Assembly: GCA_016791115.1 (NCBI GenBank)
Contig: JAEUNL010000016.1
Location: forward strand, 36,878-100,877
From: Rhodocyclaceae bacterium
GTDB lineage: Bacteria; Pseudomonadota; Gammaproteobacteria; Burkholderiales; Rhodocyclaceae
Length of the DNA: 64,000 bases
Direction of reading: 5' to 3'
How positions within the stretch are numbered: the first letter of the stretch is position 1; every line of letters begins with the position of its first letter. The notes under the pieces were generated by a model that was not told the origin of the DNA, did not search any database, and saw only the letters and a list, made by a program, of their open reading frames with translations. A program made the translations under genes and the position numbers. This document shows, one piece after another, positions 48,344-58,312 of this stretch.

Positions 48344-49534
48344 ATGCCGAACGCGCTGTTGCGCCTGCCGCGCACCGTCTGGTTGCTCGGGCTCGTCAGC
48401 CTGCTGAACGATTCGGCGTCCGAACTGCTCTATCCGCTGATTCCGCTGTATCTTGCGTCGGTGCTGATGGCCGGGCCGAAGGCGCTCGGCATCATCGAAG
48501 GCATCGCCGAAATGACCGCCAGCCTGCTCAAGCTGTTCTCCGGCGTACTGACCGACCGCACGCGCAGCGCGAAACCGTGGGTCGTCGGCGGCTACGGACT
48601 GGCGGCGCTCGCGCGGCCGCTGTTCGCGTTCGCGTCGAGCTGGCCGCTGGTATTGGCTTTGCGCTTTGCCGACCGGGTGGGCAAGGGGCTGCGCAGCTCG
48701 CCACGCGATGCACTGCTCGCCCGCTCGATCGAGCCTGGGCAGCGCGGCCTTGCTTTCGGCCTGCACCGCGCGATGGACAACGCCGGGGCGGTGATCGGCC
48801 CGCTGCTCGCGGCAGGCCTGCTGGCGGCCGGCGTCGGTGTTCGCGACATCTTCCTCTGGGCGGCGCTGCCCGGCACGCTGGCCGTCGCACTGGCGCTCGC
48901 CGTGCGCGAACAAGCCACCCCGGCGGCGGCAACGCGACCTGCCTTCGATTGGCGGCTGACCGGCTTCACGCCCGCATTCCGCCGTTATCTGCTGGCGCTC
49001 GCGCTTTTCACCCTGGGCAACGCCTCGAACATGTTCCTGCTGCTGCGGGCGCGCGAAGCCGGCCTGCCCGATGCCCAGGTGCCGCTGCTCTGGGCGCTGG
49101 TTTCGGCGGTGGCCATGCTGCTGTCCACGCCGCTTTCGGCGCTCTCCGATCGCGTCGGCCGGCAACGGCTGATCGTCGGCGGGTGGGCAGTCTACGGACT
49201 GTTCTATCTGGCGCTGGGCCATGTCCGCTCGCCCTGGGCGCTGTGGCCCCTGTTCGCGGTGTACGGCATCTTCCTCGCCGCCACCGAGGGCGCGGAAAAG
49301 GCGCTGGTGGCGGATCTCGCGCCGGCCCCGTTGTTCGGCACGGCTTATGGATGGTTCAACCTGGCTACCGGCATCATGCTGCTGCCGGCCTCGCTGGCAT
49401 TCGGCGTGTTGTGGCAGTCGTTCGGCCCCGGCACGGCGTTTGCCTTTTCCGCCGGCTGCGCGCTGGGTGCGGCGCTGCTGTTGCGCTTCTGGGTCTTTCC
49501 GGGTTCGCGCCGGGAGGCCGGCGCGGCTTTGTAA
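48344..49534 (+). CDS. MFS transporter
   Basis: The 396-aa ORF has 12 predicted TM helices and an MFS signature (LTDRTRSAKPWVV / DRVGRQR). Confidence 0.85.
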   Translation: MPNALLRLPRTVWLLGLVSLLNDSASELLYPLIPLYLASVLMAGPKALGIIEGIAEMTASLLKLFSGVLTDRTRSAKPWVVGGYGLAALARPLFAFASSWPLVLALRFADRVGKGLRSSPRDALLARSIEPGQRGLAFGLHRAMDNAGAVIGPLLAAGLLAAGVGVRDIFLWAALPGTLAVALALAVREQATPAAATRPAFDWRLTGFTPAFRRYLLALALFTLGNASNMFLLLRAREAGLPDAQVPLLWALVSAVAMLLSTPLSALSDRVGRQRLIVGGWAVYGLFYLALGHVRSPWALWPLFAVYGIFLAATEGAEKALVADLAPAPLFGTAYGWFNLATGIMLLPASLAFGVLWQSFGPGTAFAFSAGCALGAALLLRFWVFPGSRREAGAAL

Positions 49535-49563
49535 GGTTTCGCACCGCGACCGGGTCTTGATTC

Positions 49564-50082
49564 GTGACCATGATCTTCAACCTCGCCCAGCGCCGTTTCG
49601 AACAGACGGTTCGCGCTTACAGCGCGGATCTCTACCGCTACGCCTACTGGCTGTGCCGTGACCGCTTCCGCGCCGAAGATCTGGTACAGGAGACGTTCAC
49701 CCGCGCCTGGAACAGCTGGGAAAGCCTGAAGGACGTCGAGGCCGTGAAGTCGTGGCTGATCACCATCCTGCGGCGCGAACATGCGCGGCTTTACGAGCGC
49801 AAGCAGTTCGATTACGTAGACACCGAACTCGAGGATCTGCAGATCGCCGCCGACCACGACGCGGTCGAGTTGTACCAGCTCGAGAATCTGCTCGAGGAAT
49901 TGCCGCTCACGCTGCGCGAACCCTTCGTGATGCAGGCCCTGGGGGGCTATTCCTGTGCGGAGATCGCCGAGCAGCTCGACACGACGGAAGGCGCCGTGAT
50001 GACGCGGCTCACCCGCGCACGGCAGGCGCTGCGCGGCGCGCTGTCCGGCGGCAGCGCAAAGGCCGGCAAAGGGAAATCATGA
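49564..50082 (+). CDS. ECF-type RNA polymerase sigma factor
   Basis: The 172-aa ORF has region 2 (DLVQETFTRAW) and region 4 (YSCAEIAEQLDTTEGAVMTRLTRARQAL). The track ORF starts at a GTG at 49564, and an ATG at 49570 is an alternative. Confidence 0.88.
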   Translation: MTMIFNLAQRRFEQTVRAYSADLYRYAYWLCRDRFRAEDLVQETFTRAWNSWESLKDVEAVKSWLITILRREHARLYERKQFDYVDTELEDLQIAADHDAVELYQLENLLEELPLTLREPFVMQALGGYSCAEIAEQLDTTEGAVMTRLTRARQALRGALSGGSAKAGKGKS

Positions 50083-50843
50083 GCGCCGACAATCGCACCC
50101 ATGCTGCCTCGCAGGAGATGAACTGCCTCGCCTTCCGGCGCGCCAAGCTGGCCGATCCGAACCGGCTGAGTGCGGCGGCGCGCGCACACGAACAGGGATG
50201 TCCGGGCTGCCTGGCATTCGCACGCCGGATCGACGCCAACGAAAAGCGCATCGTGCGCGCGCTGACCGTGCCGGTGCCCGAAGGGCTGGCCGATCGCGTG
50301 ATCCTCGGCGCCACCGGCCGCAGGCCAAGCTCGCCGTATCGGCTTTGGGCACTGGCCGCGACGGTGGTGCTCAGCACCGGCATCGGCCTCGCGTGGTTCG
50401 CCCGGGCGCCAGTCGAACCGCAGTACAACTTCGCCGCCTCGGCGATCGAACACGTGAAGCACGAACCCGAGTCATTCACGACGGTCAAGGATGCCGACCC
50501 GGCACGTTTCGCCACGATCCTGACCGATTTCGGCGCCGACCTTCGCGCGCCGATCGGCACCGTGCGCTACATCAAGCTGTGCCCGGTTCCCGAAGGCACG
50601 GGCTGGCATATCGTGTTCGAGACCGAGGAAGGGCTGGTCACGCTGATGTTGATCCCCGGGCATCAGCCGATCGGTCGCAACCTGTTCGAGGAACGCGACG
50701 GCATGAGTGCGCTGGTGCGCGCCGCCGGCCTGGGCTACTACGTGATCGTCGCGGAGAGCCGGGCGAAGGTGGAAAGCACCGACCGGCTGCTCAAGCAGCG
50801 CATCAACTGGACGGCGGCGCGACCGCCGAGCCGGTTCGGCTAG
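50079..50843 (+). CDS. anti-sigma factor with an HxxxCxxC zinc motif (DUF3379-like)
   Basis: The ATG at 50079 overlaps the sigma-factor stop in an ATGA. The product has H-EQG-C-PG-C at residues 37-44, one TM segment (LWALAATVVLSTGIGLAWF) and a periplasmic domain of about 160 aa. Confidence 0.7.
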   Translation: MSADNRTHAASQEMNCLAFRRAKLADPNRLSAAARAHEQGCPGCLAFARRIDANEKRIVRALTVPVPEGLADRVILGATGRRPSSPYRLWALAATVVLSTGIGLAWFARAPVEPQYNFAASAIEHVKHEPESFTTVKDADPARFATILTDFGADLRAPIGTVRYIKLCPVPEGTGWHIVFETEEGLVTLMLIPGHQPIGRNLFEERDGMSALVRAAGLGYYVIVAESRAKVESTDRLLKQRINWTAARPPSRFG

Positions 50844-50883
50844 CCCGGCGTCTTGCCGCGCGTGCGGCCGCACCCATTCACAT

Positions 50884-52851
50884 TCAGAATCGCCTGTTGA
50901 GTGTCACCCTGAAGCTGCGCCCCGTCTGCGGGATCACGCCATTCGTCAGCGCACCGCTATCGGTGGCGAGCGGGTCGGCATAACGGCGATCGCACAGGTT
51001 GTAGACCGACGCGCTGGCCTCCCAACCGTCGCTGCGCAGCGGTCGCAGCAGCGTCAGGTTCACCAGTCCGATGCTCGACACCCGGCCCAGATAGGAATGC
51101 TGCGCCGAGGTCCATTGCCCTTCGAGCCCCGCGCGCAGTCCGAACCACGGCAAGGGCCGCGAAAGGTTGACCTTCGCCAGCCAGCGCGGCGAGTTGGTCA
51201 TCGCTCCGCGCTCGTCGTTCCGCACGCGGTTGTAGCCGATGCTGGTGCGCAGGTGCGTGCCGGTGTCGGCAACGTGGTCGATCTCGAACTCGATCCCGCG
51301 TCCGCGAACTTCTCCCGTATTCGCGTAGTAGGAGCCGCCCGAATCGGCATCCTCGATCAACTTCACCACGCGATGGACGTGAAAACCGAACAGCGACGCC
51401 ACGCCGCGGGTGCGCGGCGCGAAGTAGTGCTCGAGGGTGATCTCGGCGTTCTCCACGCGCTCGGCATCGAGCGACACGCCTTCCGGGCTCCACAAACGTT
51501 CATACGGTGATGCATTGCGCGCGCCGCGTCCATACAGAAACTTCCACGCGGTATTGCTGCCCGGTTTGTAGATTAATCCCAGCCGCGGATTGATTTCGGT
51601 GTCCCCCGGAGACGTCCGATCCAGCCTGAGGCCGCCGGTAAGCGTGACCCGCTGGGTGAGGCCGTAGTCCGCCTGCGCGTAGGCACTGGTGCGCGAGGCC
51701 TTGTCGCCGAAGTCGTAATACACCTGTCGGTCGGGCTTGGTCATATCGTGCTGCGAGAGGCGGAAGTCGCGCTGATGCTCGACCCCTGACACCACGCGCA
51801 GATCGGTGCCGAGCAGGGTTTCGAGCCGCAGCTCGGTGCCCGACCAGTCAGCCCGGGTCACGTCATGCTCGGTCTGGCGCCCCGATTCGAGATCGAGCGG
51901 CCAGTGCCCAAGGTAGTCGTAGTGGCCGTAGTAAAGGCGAGCCGTCAGCCGATTCGACTCCGACAGGTCGCGGACATAGCGGAGGTTGGCGAACGCCTCG
52001 GCGTCGCGCGCGTACATGTTCGGCTGCCCGAACATGTATGGCGCCAGATACGGGGCCGGGTCGCCTTTCACGCGCGAGCCGAAACCGGCGGTCAATGCGA
52101 AGTCGCCATGCTCGAGTTTCGCAAAAGCCCGGCGCGAATAATCGTAATCCCCATCGCGGACCTTGCCGCCGGGAAAACCCCTTGCCCGGTCCGGCTTGAA
52201 GCGCAGGTCTTCTCCCTCGACGTCGAGATAGGAGGCCGACAACAGCAGGCTCGCGCCGTTTTCGAAGCGCTTCCCGAAGCGTGCGTTGGCGCCCGCGCGA
52301 CCGTTGCTGCCGCCATCGAGACCCACGACGAGGCCACTGGATCCGCCCGCCGATCGCGTGACGATGTTGATCACGCCGAACAGGGCATTGCCGCCGAACT
52401 CGGCCGAGCCGGGGCCGCGAATGTACTCGACGCGCTCGATCAGGCCGACATCGAGCGGGAATTCGGAGCCGATCAGGCCGCCGTCATACACCGGGTCGTT
52501 GATGCGCATGCCGTCGATCTGCAGCGCGACGCCGGCGTTGTAGTCGCCGGCACGCGAGTAGCCGCGCAGCGTCAGGTAGTCGTAGTTGCGGTCGTTGTAG
52601 ATATGCACGCCGCGCACGCTGCGCAGCAGATCGCCGAGCGTGCGGTAGCCGAAGCTGCGAATGTCGTCCGCCGTGATGACCGTGACCGAGGCCGGCGAAT
52701 CCACCTGACGCAGGTAGTGGCGCGACGCCGCGTAGACCGGCGTCGTGGCGAGAGACTCGAGGTCGGGCAGATTGCCCGCCCGGACAATCGCCGGCAGCGT
52801 GCTGGCCGCCAACGCGGCGGACAGGCAAACCGGACCGACTCGCCGGTTCAT
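50884..52851 (-). CDS. TonB-dependent receptor
   Basis: The 655-aa ORF has a signal peptide, a plug domain ([27 protein letters not shown]...[25 protein letters not shown]) and a C-terminal Phe. Its start overlaps the kinase stop. Confidence 0.88.
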   Translation of the reverse strand: MNRRVGPVCLSAALAASTLPAIVRAGNLPDLESLATTPVYAASRHYLRQVDSPASVTVITADDIRSFGYRTLGDLLRSVRGVHIYNDRNYDYLTLRGYSRAGDYNAGVALQIDGMRINDPVYDGGLIGSEFPLDVGLIERVEYIRGPGSAEFGGNALFGVINIVTRSAGGSSGLVVGLDGGSNGRAGANARFGKRFENGASLLLSASYLDVEGEDLRFKPDRARGFPGGKVRDGDYDYSRRAFAKLEHGDFALTAGFGSRVKGDPAPYLAPYMFGQPNMYARDAEAFANLRYVRDLSESNRLTARLYYGHYDYLGHWPLDLESGRQTEHDVTRADWSGTELRLETLLGTDLRVVSGVEHQRDFRLSQHDMTKPDRQVYYDFGDKASRTSAYAQADYGLTQRVTLTGGLRLDRTSPGDTEINPRLGLIYKPGSNTAWKFLYGRGARNASPYERLWSPEGVSLDAERVENAEITLEHYFAPRTRGVASLFGFHVHRVVKLIEDADSGGSYYANTGEVRGRGIEFEIDHVADTGTHLRTSIGYNRVRNDERGAMTNSPRWLAKVNLSRPLPWFGLRAGLEGQWTSAQHSYLGRVSSIGLVNLTLLRPLRSDGWEASASVYNLCDRRYADPLATDSGALTNGVIPQTGRSFRVTLNRRF

Positions 52852-55625
52852 GCGTGCACACCTGCCATTGCCCCGTCGAGATAACCAGTGAGCGCTGTTG
52901 ACGCCTCCTCGTAAGCCGCGGAGAGTTCGCCGGCCATCCGGGCTCCATCGCCGATCGTACGCTGCTCGCGCGCGGCCCGTTCCAGCGTTGCCGCCATCTG
53001 CGACAGGCGGAGCGCCCCGACTGCGGCGCTCGACGACTTGATCTTGTGCGCAATCGCGGAGATCGTGGAACTGTCTCCGGAACTCATCGCAGGGCCGAGG
53101 CGGTCGAGCATCTTCTCCGTCTCCTCGCGAAACAGCCCGACGATGCGACGGCCTAGCGCACCGCCGTCGCTACCGACACCGGGCACCTCCGCAAGGATCG
53201 CCGGATCGAGGACCGCCGCGCCGCTGGGCACATCCATCAGCGAGTCCAGGCCGGCCGGCTCGATCGGGCGCAGCGCCAGCCCGGCCTGTCGCTCCAGGGC
53301 GGTCCGCAACTGCGCCTTGGTAAAGGGTTTGGCCAGGTAATCGGTCATCCCGGCTTCGATGCAACGTTCTCGATCGCCCTGCATCGCGTTGGCAGTCAGC
53401 GCGATGATCGGGATCGGATGCTCCGCTCCGCGCGCCTGCTCTGCCTCGCGGATGCGCGTGGTCGCGGTGAAGCCGTCCATTTCGGGCATCTGGCAGTCCA
53501 TCAGGACCACGTCGAACGCCCGGGTGCGCAGGGCCTCGACGGCCTGCGCCCCGTTCTGCACCCAAACATGGTCGCAACCGAGGTCGCCGAGAATCGCGCC
53601 CGCGATGCTCGCGTTGACCGGATGATCCTCGGCAAGCAAGACGGAAAGGCCGAGTCCGTTGCCGCCACGCGTGGCCGGCGCCGGCTCCTCGCTGGCCTGG
53701 TGGAGACGGCCGGCCAGCGCGGATTCGATCACGGCACACAGTTCGGCCGACAGAACGGGCTTGGACAGGAACTGCAGATCGGAAACGGCGTGCCAGCTAC
53801 TTGCTTCCACACGCGTCGCGATCGGCACCATCACGATCAGATGCGCCGGATCGATGAGGCCTTCGGCCCGGATCGATTCGACGGTCGGCAATCCCGAACT
53901 GTTGGCGAGTCGTGCCGATACGAAGCACAGGTCGAACTTGCACCCTTCCGCACGCGCCACGCGCAATGCGTCGAGCGCCGTCTGCCCCGATGGCGATGCC
54001 TGGACGGCGAAACCCCGGCGCTCGAGGCGCCTTGCCATCGCGGTGCGCGCCGTCGTGTTCGAGTCGATCACCATGGCGCGAATGCCGGCAAGCTGTGCCG
54101 GCCCGGCTTCGCACTCGGTTTCATGGCCGATCCTTTGCGAACCGATCGTGAACCAGAACGTCGAGCCGGCACCTTCACGACTTTCGAACCCGATTTCCCC
54201 CCCCATCAGTTCGGACAACTGCTTGGCGATCATCAGGCCCAGGCCGGTTCCGCCGTATTTTCGGGTGGTCGAACTGTCTGCCTGCGAGAAGGCCTTGAAC
54301 AGCCGGTCGCGGGCCGATTCGCCGACGCCGACACCGGTATCGCGCACCTCGAAGCGCAGACAATCGCCACGCTCCGATGCCATCGCAGCCAGGCGCACTT
54401 CGATCTCGCCCGCGGAGGTGAACTTGATCGCATTGGAAATCAGGTTCGAGAGGATCTGCTTGACGCGGTAGGGATCCCCCATGACGGATCGCGGCACGTT
54501 ATCACTCACCGAAACGATCAGTTCGAGCCCCTTGGCCTGGGCCCGCTCGGCGAACAGCACCGCGACTTCCTCGGCAGACAGCAGCGGACGGAACTCGACG
54601 TTCTCCAACTCCAGCTTGCCGGCCTCGATCTTCGAGAAATCGAGCAGATCGTTGATGATGTAGAGCAGCGACTCGGCCGACACCCGCAGCGTCTTGGCGA
54701 AGCGTCGCTGCTTGTCCGACAGTTCCGTATCGAGCAGCAGGTCGGTCATGCCGAGCACGCCGTTCATCGGCGTGCGAATCTCGTGGCTCATGTTGGCCAG
54801 GAACTGCGTCTTCGCGCGGTTCGCCGCCTCGGCCTGCTCCTTCGCGGCGAGCAGTTCCGCCGTGCGGTTCAGCACCTGCATTTCGAGTTGCTCGCGATGC
54901 TCGCGCAGTTCGCGGTCGCGCGACTCGATCTGCGACATCATGTCGTTGAAGCCAACGACCAGATCGCCGACCTCGTCGTTCGAACGATGCGTGACACGGC
55001 GGTCATAGCGGCGGTCGCGGGCCACGCTGCGCGAGGCCTCTGCCAGTTCGAGGATCGGGGTCGCGACTTCGCGCTGGAGCTTGAGCGAGAACAGATAGGC
55101 GAGACAGAACGCCAGCAGCGTTCCCGCCCCCGAGAACGCGAACTGCTTGAGCAGATCGGTCCACATCGCCGACAAGTCGACGCGCAGGGTCAGGTAGCCG
55201 AGCGTCTCGCGCTCTTCCATGATCGGGTGACTCACGGTCACCATGGTCGAGAAACCGATGTCACCCGGTTGGAGATGGTCGCGCACCGGCTTGTCCATGC
55301 GAGGGTCGGCCACGGCTCGATCGGGATAGGCTGCAAAGAGGGTTCCATTCGGCAGCGTTATCCATGCCGCCATGATGTCAGCCCGGTTGCGCAGCGACGC
55401 CAGCGTTTTCTCGGCCGCCGCGGCATCGCCGAAGCTGATCGCCGAGGCGCTGTTGGCGCTGATGATCTCGGCGGCCCCTTCGAGCTGCGAAAGCGTCTGC
55501 ATGCGCTGCGAATTGAGCTGGCTGACCGATGCGACCAGGTAGCTGACGGTCAGGCCGACCAGCGTCGCGATGACCACGACCGCGGTCAGCTTCTTCTTGA
55601 GCGAGGTCTTGTACACGGGATTCAT
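52848..55625 (-). CDS. hybrid sensor histidine kinase: CHASE8-like periplasmic domain, HAMP, HisKA, HATPase, degenerate REC, REC and Hpt
   Basis: The 925-aa ORF has two TM segments flanking a periplasmic domain of about 130 aa ([24 protein letters not shown]). It has the H-box [10 protein letters not shown], a receiver ([13 protein letters not shown]...LAKP) and a C-terminal Hpt ([13 protein letters not shown]). Confidence 0.9.
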   Translation of the reverse strand: MNPVYKTSLKKKLTAVVVIATLVGLTVSYLVASVSQLNSQRMQTLSQLEGAAEIISANSASAISFGDAAAAEKTLASLRNRADIMAAWITLPNGTLFAAYPDRAVADPRMDKPVRDHLQPGDIGFSTMVTVSHPIMEERETLGYLTLRVDLSAMWTDLLKQFAFSGAGTLLAFCLAYLFSLKLQREVATPILELAEASRSVARDRRYDRRVTHRSNDEVGDLVVGFNDMMSQIESRDRELREHREQLEMQVLNRTAELLAAKEQAEAANRAKTQFLANMSHEIRTPMNGVLGMTDLLLDTELSDKQRRFAKTLRVSAESLLYIINDLLDFSKIEAGKLELENVEFRPLLSAEEVAVLFAERAQAKGLELIVSVSDNVPRSVMGDPYRVKQILSNLISNAIKFTSAGEIEVRLAAMASERGDCLRFEVRDTGVGVGESARDRLFKAFSQADSSTTRKYGGTGLGLMIAKQLSELMGGEIGFESREGAGSTFWFTIGSQRIGHETECEAGPAQLAGIRAMVIDSNTTARTAMARRLERRGFAVQASPSGQTALDALRVARAEGCKFDLCFVSARLANSSGLPTVESIRAEGLIDPAHLIVMVPIATRVEASSWHAVSDLQFLSKPVLSAELCAVIESALAGRLHQASEEPAPATRGGNGLGLSVLLAEDHPVNASIAGAILGDLGCDHVWVQNGAQAVEALRTRAFDVVLMDCQMPEMDGFTATTRIREAEQARGAEHPIPIIALTANAMQGDRERCIEAGMTDYLAKPFTKAQLRTALERQAGLALRPIEPAGLDSLMDVPSGAAVLDPAILAEVPGVGSDGGALGRRIVGLFREETEKMLDRLGPAMSSGDSSTISAIAHKIKSSSAAVGALRLSQMAATLERAAREQRTIGDGARMAGELSAAYEEASTALTGYLDGAMAGVHA

Positions 55626-56191
55626 CAGTTCCTCCCCCGCACGCTACCGGCGTTGCGCGCAAGCTTCAGCAACTGCGAACTCGCCTTGAGGCTCGATCGC
55701 TGCAGCGTCGCGGCATTCACTTCGAACTGGATGCGCTCGTCTGCGCTGACCAGGCCGATCGCGCCGCCGACATCGATGAACCCGTCGATGTCGCTGACGG
55801 TCAGGATCGCACCCTGGGCGCTGCGCAGCAGGGGCGCGACGTGTCGCTGCTCGGAATCGCTGATGTAGAGGATGTGGCAGCCGCGAAAATCGTCGCTGCC
55901 CGCCGCGATACGACGAACCACGACCGGGCGGCCGTGTACCTGCTTGCCGTCGAATGCATCGATCGCCGGCCCGAAGGGGTCGCGCCCGGCGACGCACAGC
56001 CACACTGGCGCTTCCTTGCTGTAGAAGGCCTCGGCCGGCCATTCGACATACTTGGCGAAGTTGAACAGAAAACCGGCCTTGACCTGCGCCTCGCTGAGGG
56101 CCTGTGCCTGCAGCCCCGGCGCGCCGCACGACAGCGCCAGCAGCATGCCGACCGCAATGCGCGGCCAGATTGGGAGTCGAAGTAGCTTCAT
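55625..56191 (-). CDS. YfiR family (DUF4154) periplasmic protein
   Basis: Trimmed to [20 protein letters not shown] (cat at 56189-56191). The 188-aa product has a signal peptide and a YfiR-like core ([16 protein letters not shown]...[10 protein letters not shown]...ILTVSD). Confidence 0.75.
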   Translation of the reverse strand: MKLLRLPIWPRIAVGMLLALSCGAPGLQAQALSEAQVKAGFLFNFAKYVEWPAEAFYSKEAPVWLCVAGRDPFGPAIDAFDGKQVHGRPVVVRRIAAGSDDFRGCHILYISDSEQRHVAPLLRSAQGAILTVSDIDGFIDVGGAIGLVSADERIQFEVNAATLQRSSLKASSQLLKLARNAGSVRGRN

Positions 56192-56202
56192 CGCAGCGTG
56201 GC

Positions 56203-58263
56203 TCAGAACGTAAGCTTCGCCTTGACATACCAGGCGCGTTCGACTTCCAGCGTCGGCGTCGGAATGTAGTCGCCCACCCATTCTGGATGGCGGTGGTCGA
56301 GGAGGTTCTGTCCGACCAGCGACAGTTCCAAGGCCGGCGCGACACGCCAGGCCAGCCGCAGATCGAGCTCGGTGTAGGCAGGAATTCCGTTTCCAACGAG
56401 CTTGCCCACATGTCGCAGCCAGCCATCCAACTCCCACTCGCGCATCGGATTGTAGGAGACACGGAGCGAACCGACGCGTCGCGGCGTCTTCCCCGCATAG
56501 TCTGCTGCGCTGATCCCGTCCGCCCCGTCGATCACGCGCTCGCGCGAATAGGCGTAGGTCGCAAGCAGGCGAAGGTCTTTGAGCGGATGCCAGTCAAGGG
56601 CGACTTCCACGCCATGGGTGCGTCCTTTCAGCCGGTTGACCGTCTCGACGCTCGTCAGGAGATACGGAACGACGCCCGCCGGGGTGGGAATGAAGTTCAT
56701 TTCCGTACCGAGCAGGCGACCGCTTCTCAAATCGCGATAATGGCTGGCATAAGCAGCAAGGTCGACCGACAGCGACGGCGCAACCTGCTCCCGGTAGCCG
56801 AATTCGATTGTGGTGACCTTCTCGGAGTCCTTGAGGCGCGCCGAAGACATGGCGCGAAGTACGTTATACAGAGGCACCTGCTGAGAGGGTGCTACGACGT
56901 TTAGCAGGATATTCCCGTCTTCCTCGGCCTGCGAAGGCGTGCGCACAGCGCGCGACAATGCACCCCAGACCGTTCGCGTGTCGGCCGGTGTCCAGGCAAA
57001 ACGCACGTTCGGCTGAATTTCCCAGTCGGTGTAATCGTTGCGCTCGATCTTTGCCCCGCCGATCAGCCGCAGGCGATCCGGTATGACGGACCATTCGTCA
57101 TGGACGAAGGCACTGAGAAGTGACGTCGAACGTCCATCGCGGTCGAATACAAAATTCGCCCTAAGGGGGCGTAGCTGGTCACGGGTGTGGCGGAATCCTG
57201 CACCCCACATGAAGTCGTGTCGCCCCAGGTGCCAACGCTGCTGGATATCGATGTCGGCGGTATCCCTGTTGTCCGAAAGTGCCCAGGGTACTTCGATACG
57301 ACTGGTCTCGACATAGACCTGCAGCCCCAGCTCGGAGCCGTTGCCGAGGACGGTATCAACGCGCCCGAGCACGTTGCTTCCAGTGTGCTTTGCAGTGACC
57401 TGATCCGCTGTCAGCAAACCGGTTCCCAACGTAGCGGCCGAGGGGTCCGGACGGTCGTAACGGTCTCCAGCCAGCACCCGATACGCTTCGCCCGTGATGG
57501 TGGCCCGCGTCCCCCGATCGAACCCGGCGTCAATCCGGAATCCTGCCCGCGCGGAATGGCTGGGATCGACTTCGAGCGTGTCGTCGGAGGCATCGCGGCG
57601 CATCCCCTTGGCCCACACGCGATAATGGCTTTGATCGTTGATCTCACCGCCCCAGCGTGCTGTCCCGGTCGGCCGCTCCTCACTGCCCGCCGTCAGCGTT
57701 GCCTGCCCGCCCTGCGTCGCACGTGCCCGTTTGGTGATGATGTTGATGACACCGTTGACCGCATTGGCACCCCACATCGCGGCACCTGGGCCTCGTATCA
57801 CTTCGATGCGGTCGATGTCTTCGAGCAGCGTATCTTCCTGCTCCCAGATCACCCCCGAGAAGAGAGGAGAGTAGATCGACCGGCCATCCATCAGAACGAG
57901 CAGCTTGTTGGCGAATCGGCCGTTGAACCCGCGTGCCGTGACTGCCCACCGCGCATTGCCCATGCGGGCCACCTGAACCCCCGGCACCATTCGCAAGGCG
58001 TCGGGAATGCTGGTCGCACCCGAGCGATGGAGCTCGTCGCCCGTGATCACGAACACCGCAGCCGCAGTCTCTGAAAGACGCTGCGTCTTGCGCGAAACCG
58101 TGGATACGTCGGTATTCAGCAGATCCTCGAGGCTCAAGCCGGCAACGTCCTGCGCGGCTGCCGACGCCGACCACGCAGCCAGGATCAGGCTGCCCAGGAT
58201 GATTCGCGCAGGCGTCGCGGGTAGGCAAGGACACTTGACCGGGGAGTGTTTCGCACGTTTCAT
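56203..58263 (-). CDS. TonB-dependent receptor
   Basis: The 686-aa ORF has a plug domain (VFVITGDELHRSGATSIPDALRMVPGV...IEVIRGPGAAMWGANAVNGVINIITK) and a terminal Phe. Confidence 0.9.
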   Translation of the reverse strand: MKRAKHSPVKCPCLPATPARIILGSLILAAWSASAAAQDVAGLSLEDLLNTDVSTVSRKTQRLSETAAAVFVITGDELHRSGATSIPDALRMVPGVQVARMGNARWAVTARGFNGRFANKLLVLMDGRSIYSPLFSGVIWEQEDTLLEDIDRIEVIRGPGAAMWGANAVNGVINIITKRARATQGGQATLTAGSEERPTGTARWGGEINDQSHYRVWAKGMRRDASDDTLEVDPSHSARAGFRIDAGFDRGTRATITGEAYRVLAGDRYDRPDPSAATLGTGLLTADQVTAKHTGSNVLGRVDTVLGNGSELGLQVYVETSRIEVPWALSDNRDTADIDIQQRWHLGRHDFMWGAGFRHTRDQLRPLRANFVFDRDGRSTSLLSAFVHDEWSVIPDRLRLIGGAKIERNDYTDWEIQPNVRFAWTPADTRTVWGALSRAVRTPSQAEEDGNILLNVVAPSQQVPLYNVLRAMSSARLKDSEKVTTIEFGYREQVAPSLSVDLAAYASHYRDLRSGRLLGTEMNFIPTPAGVVPYLLTSVETVNRLKGRTHGVEVALDWHPLKDLRLLATYAYSRERVIDGADGISAADYAGKTPRRVGSLRVSYNPMREWELDGWLRHVGKLVGNGIPAYTELDLRLAWRVAPALELSLVGQNLLDHRHPEWVGDYIPTPTLEVERAWYVKAKLTF

Positions 58264-58312
58264 GATCGTTGAAGTGAAAATGGGTTGTTGGTTGGCGGAC
58301 GTAGTTCCGGGA

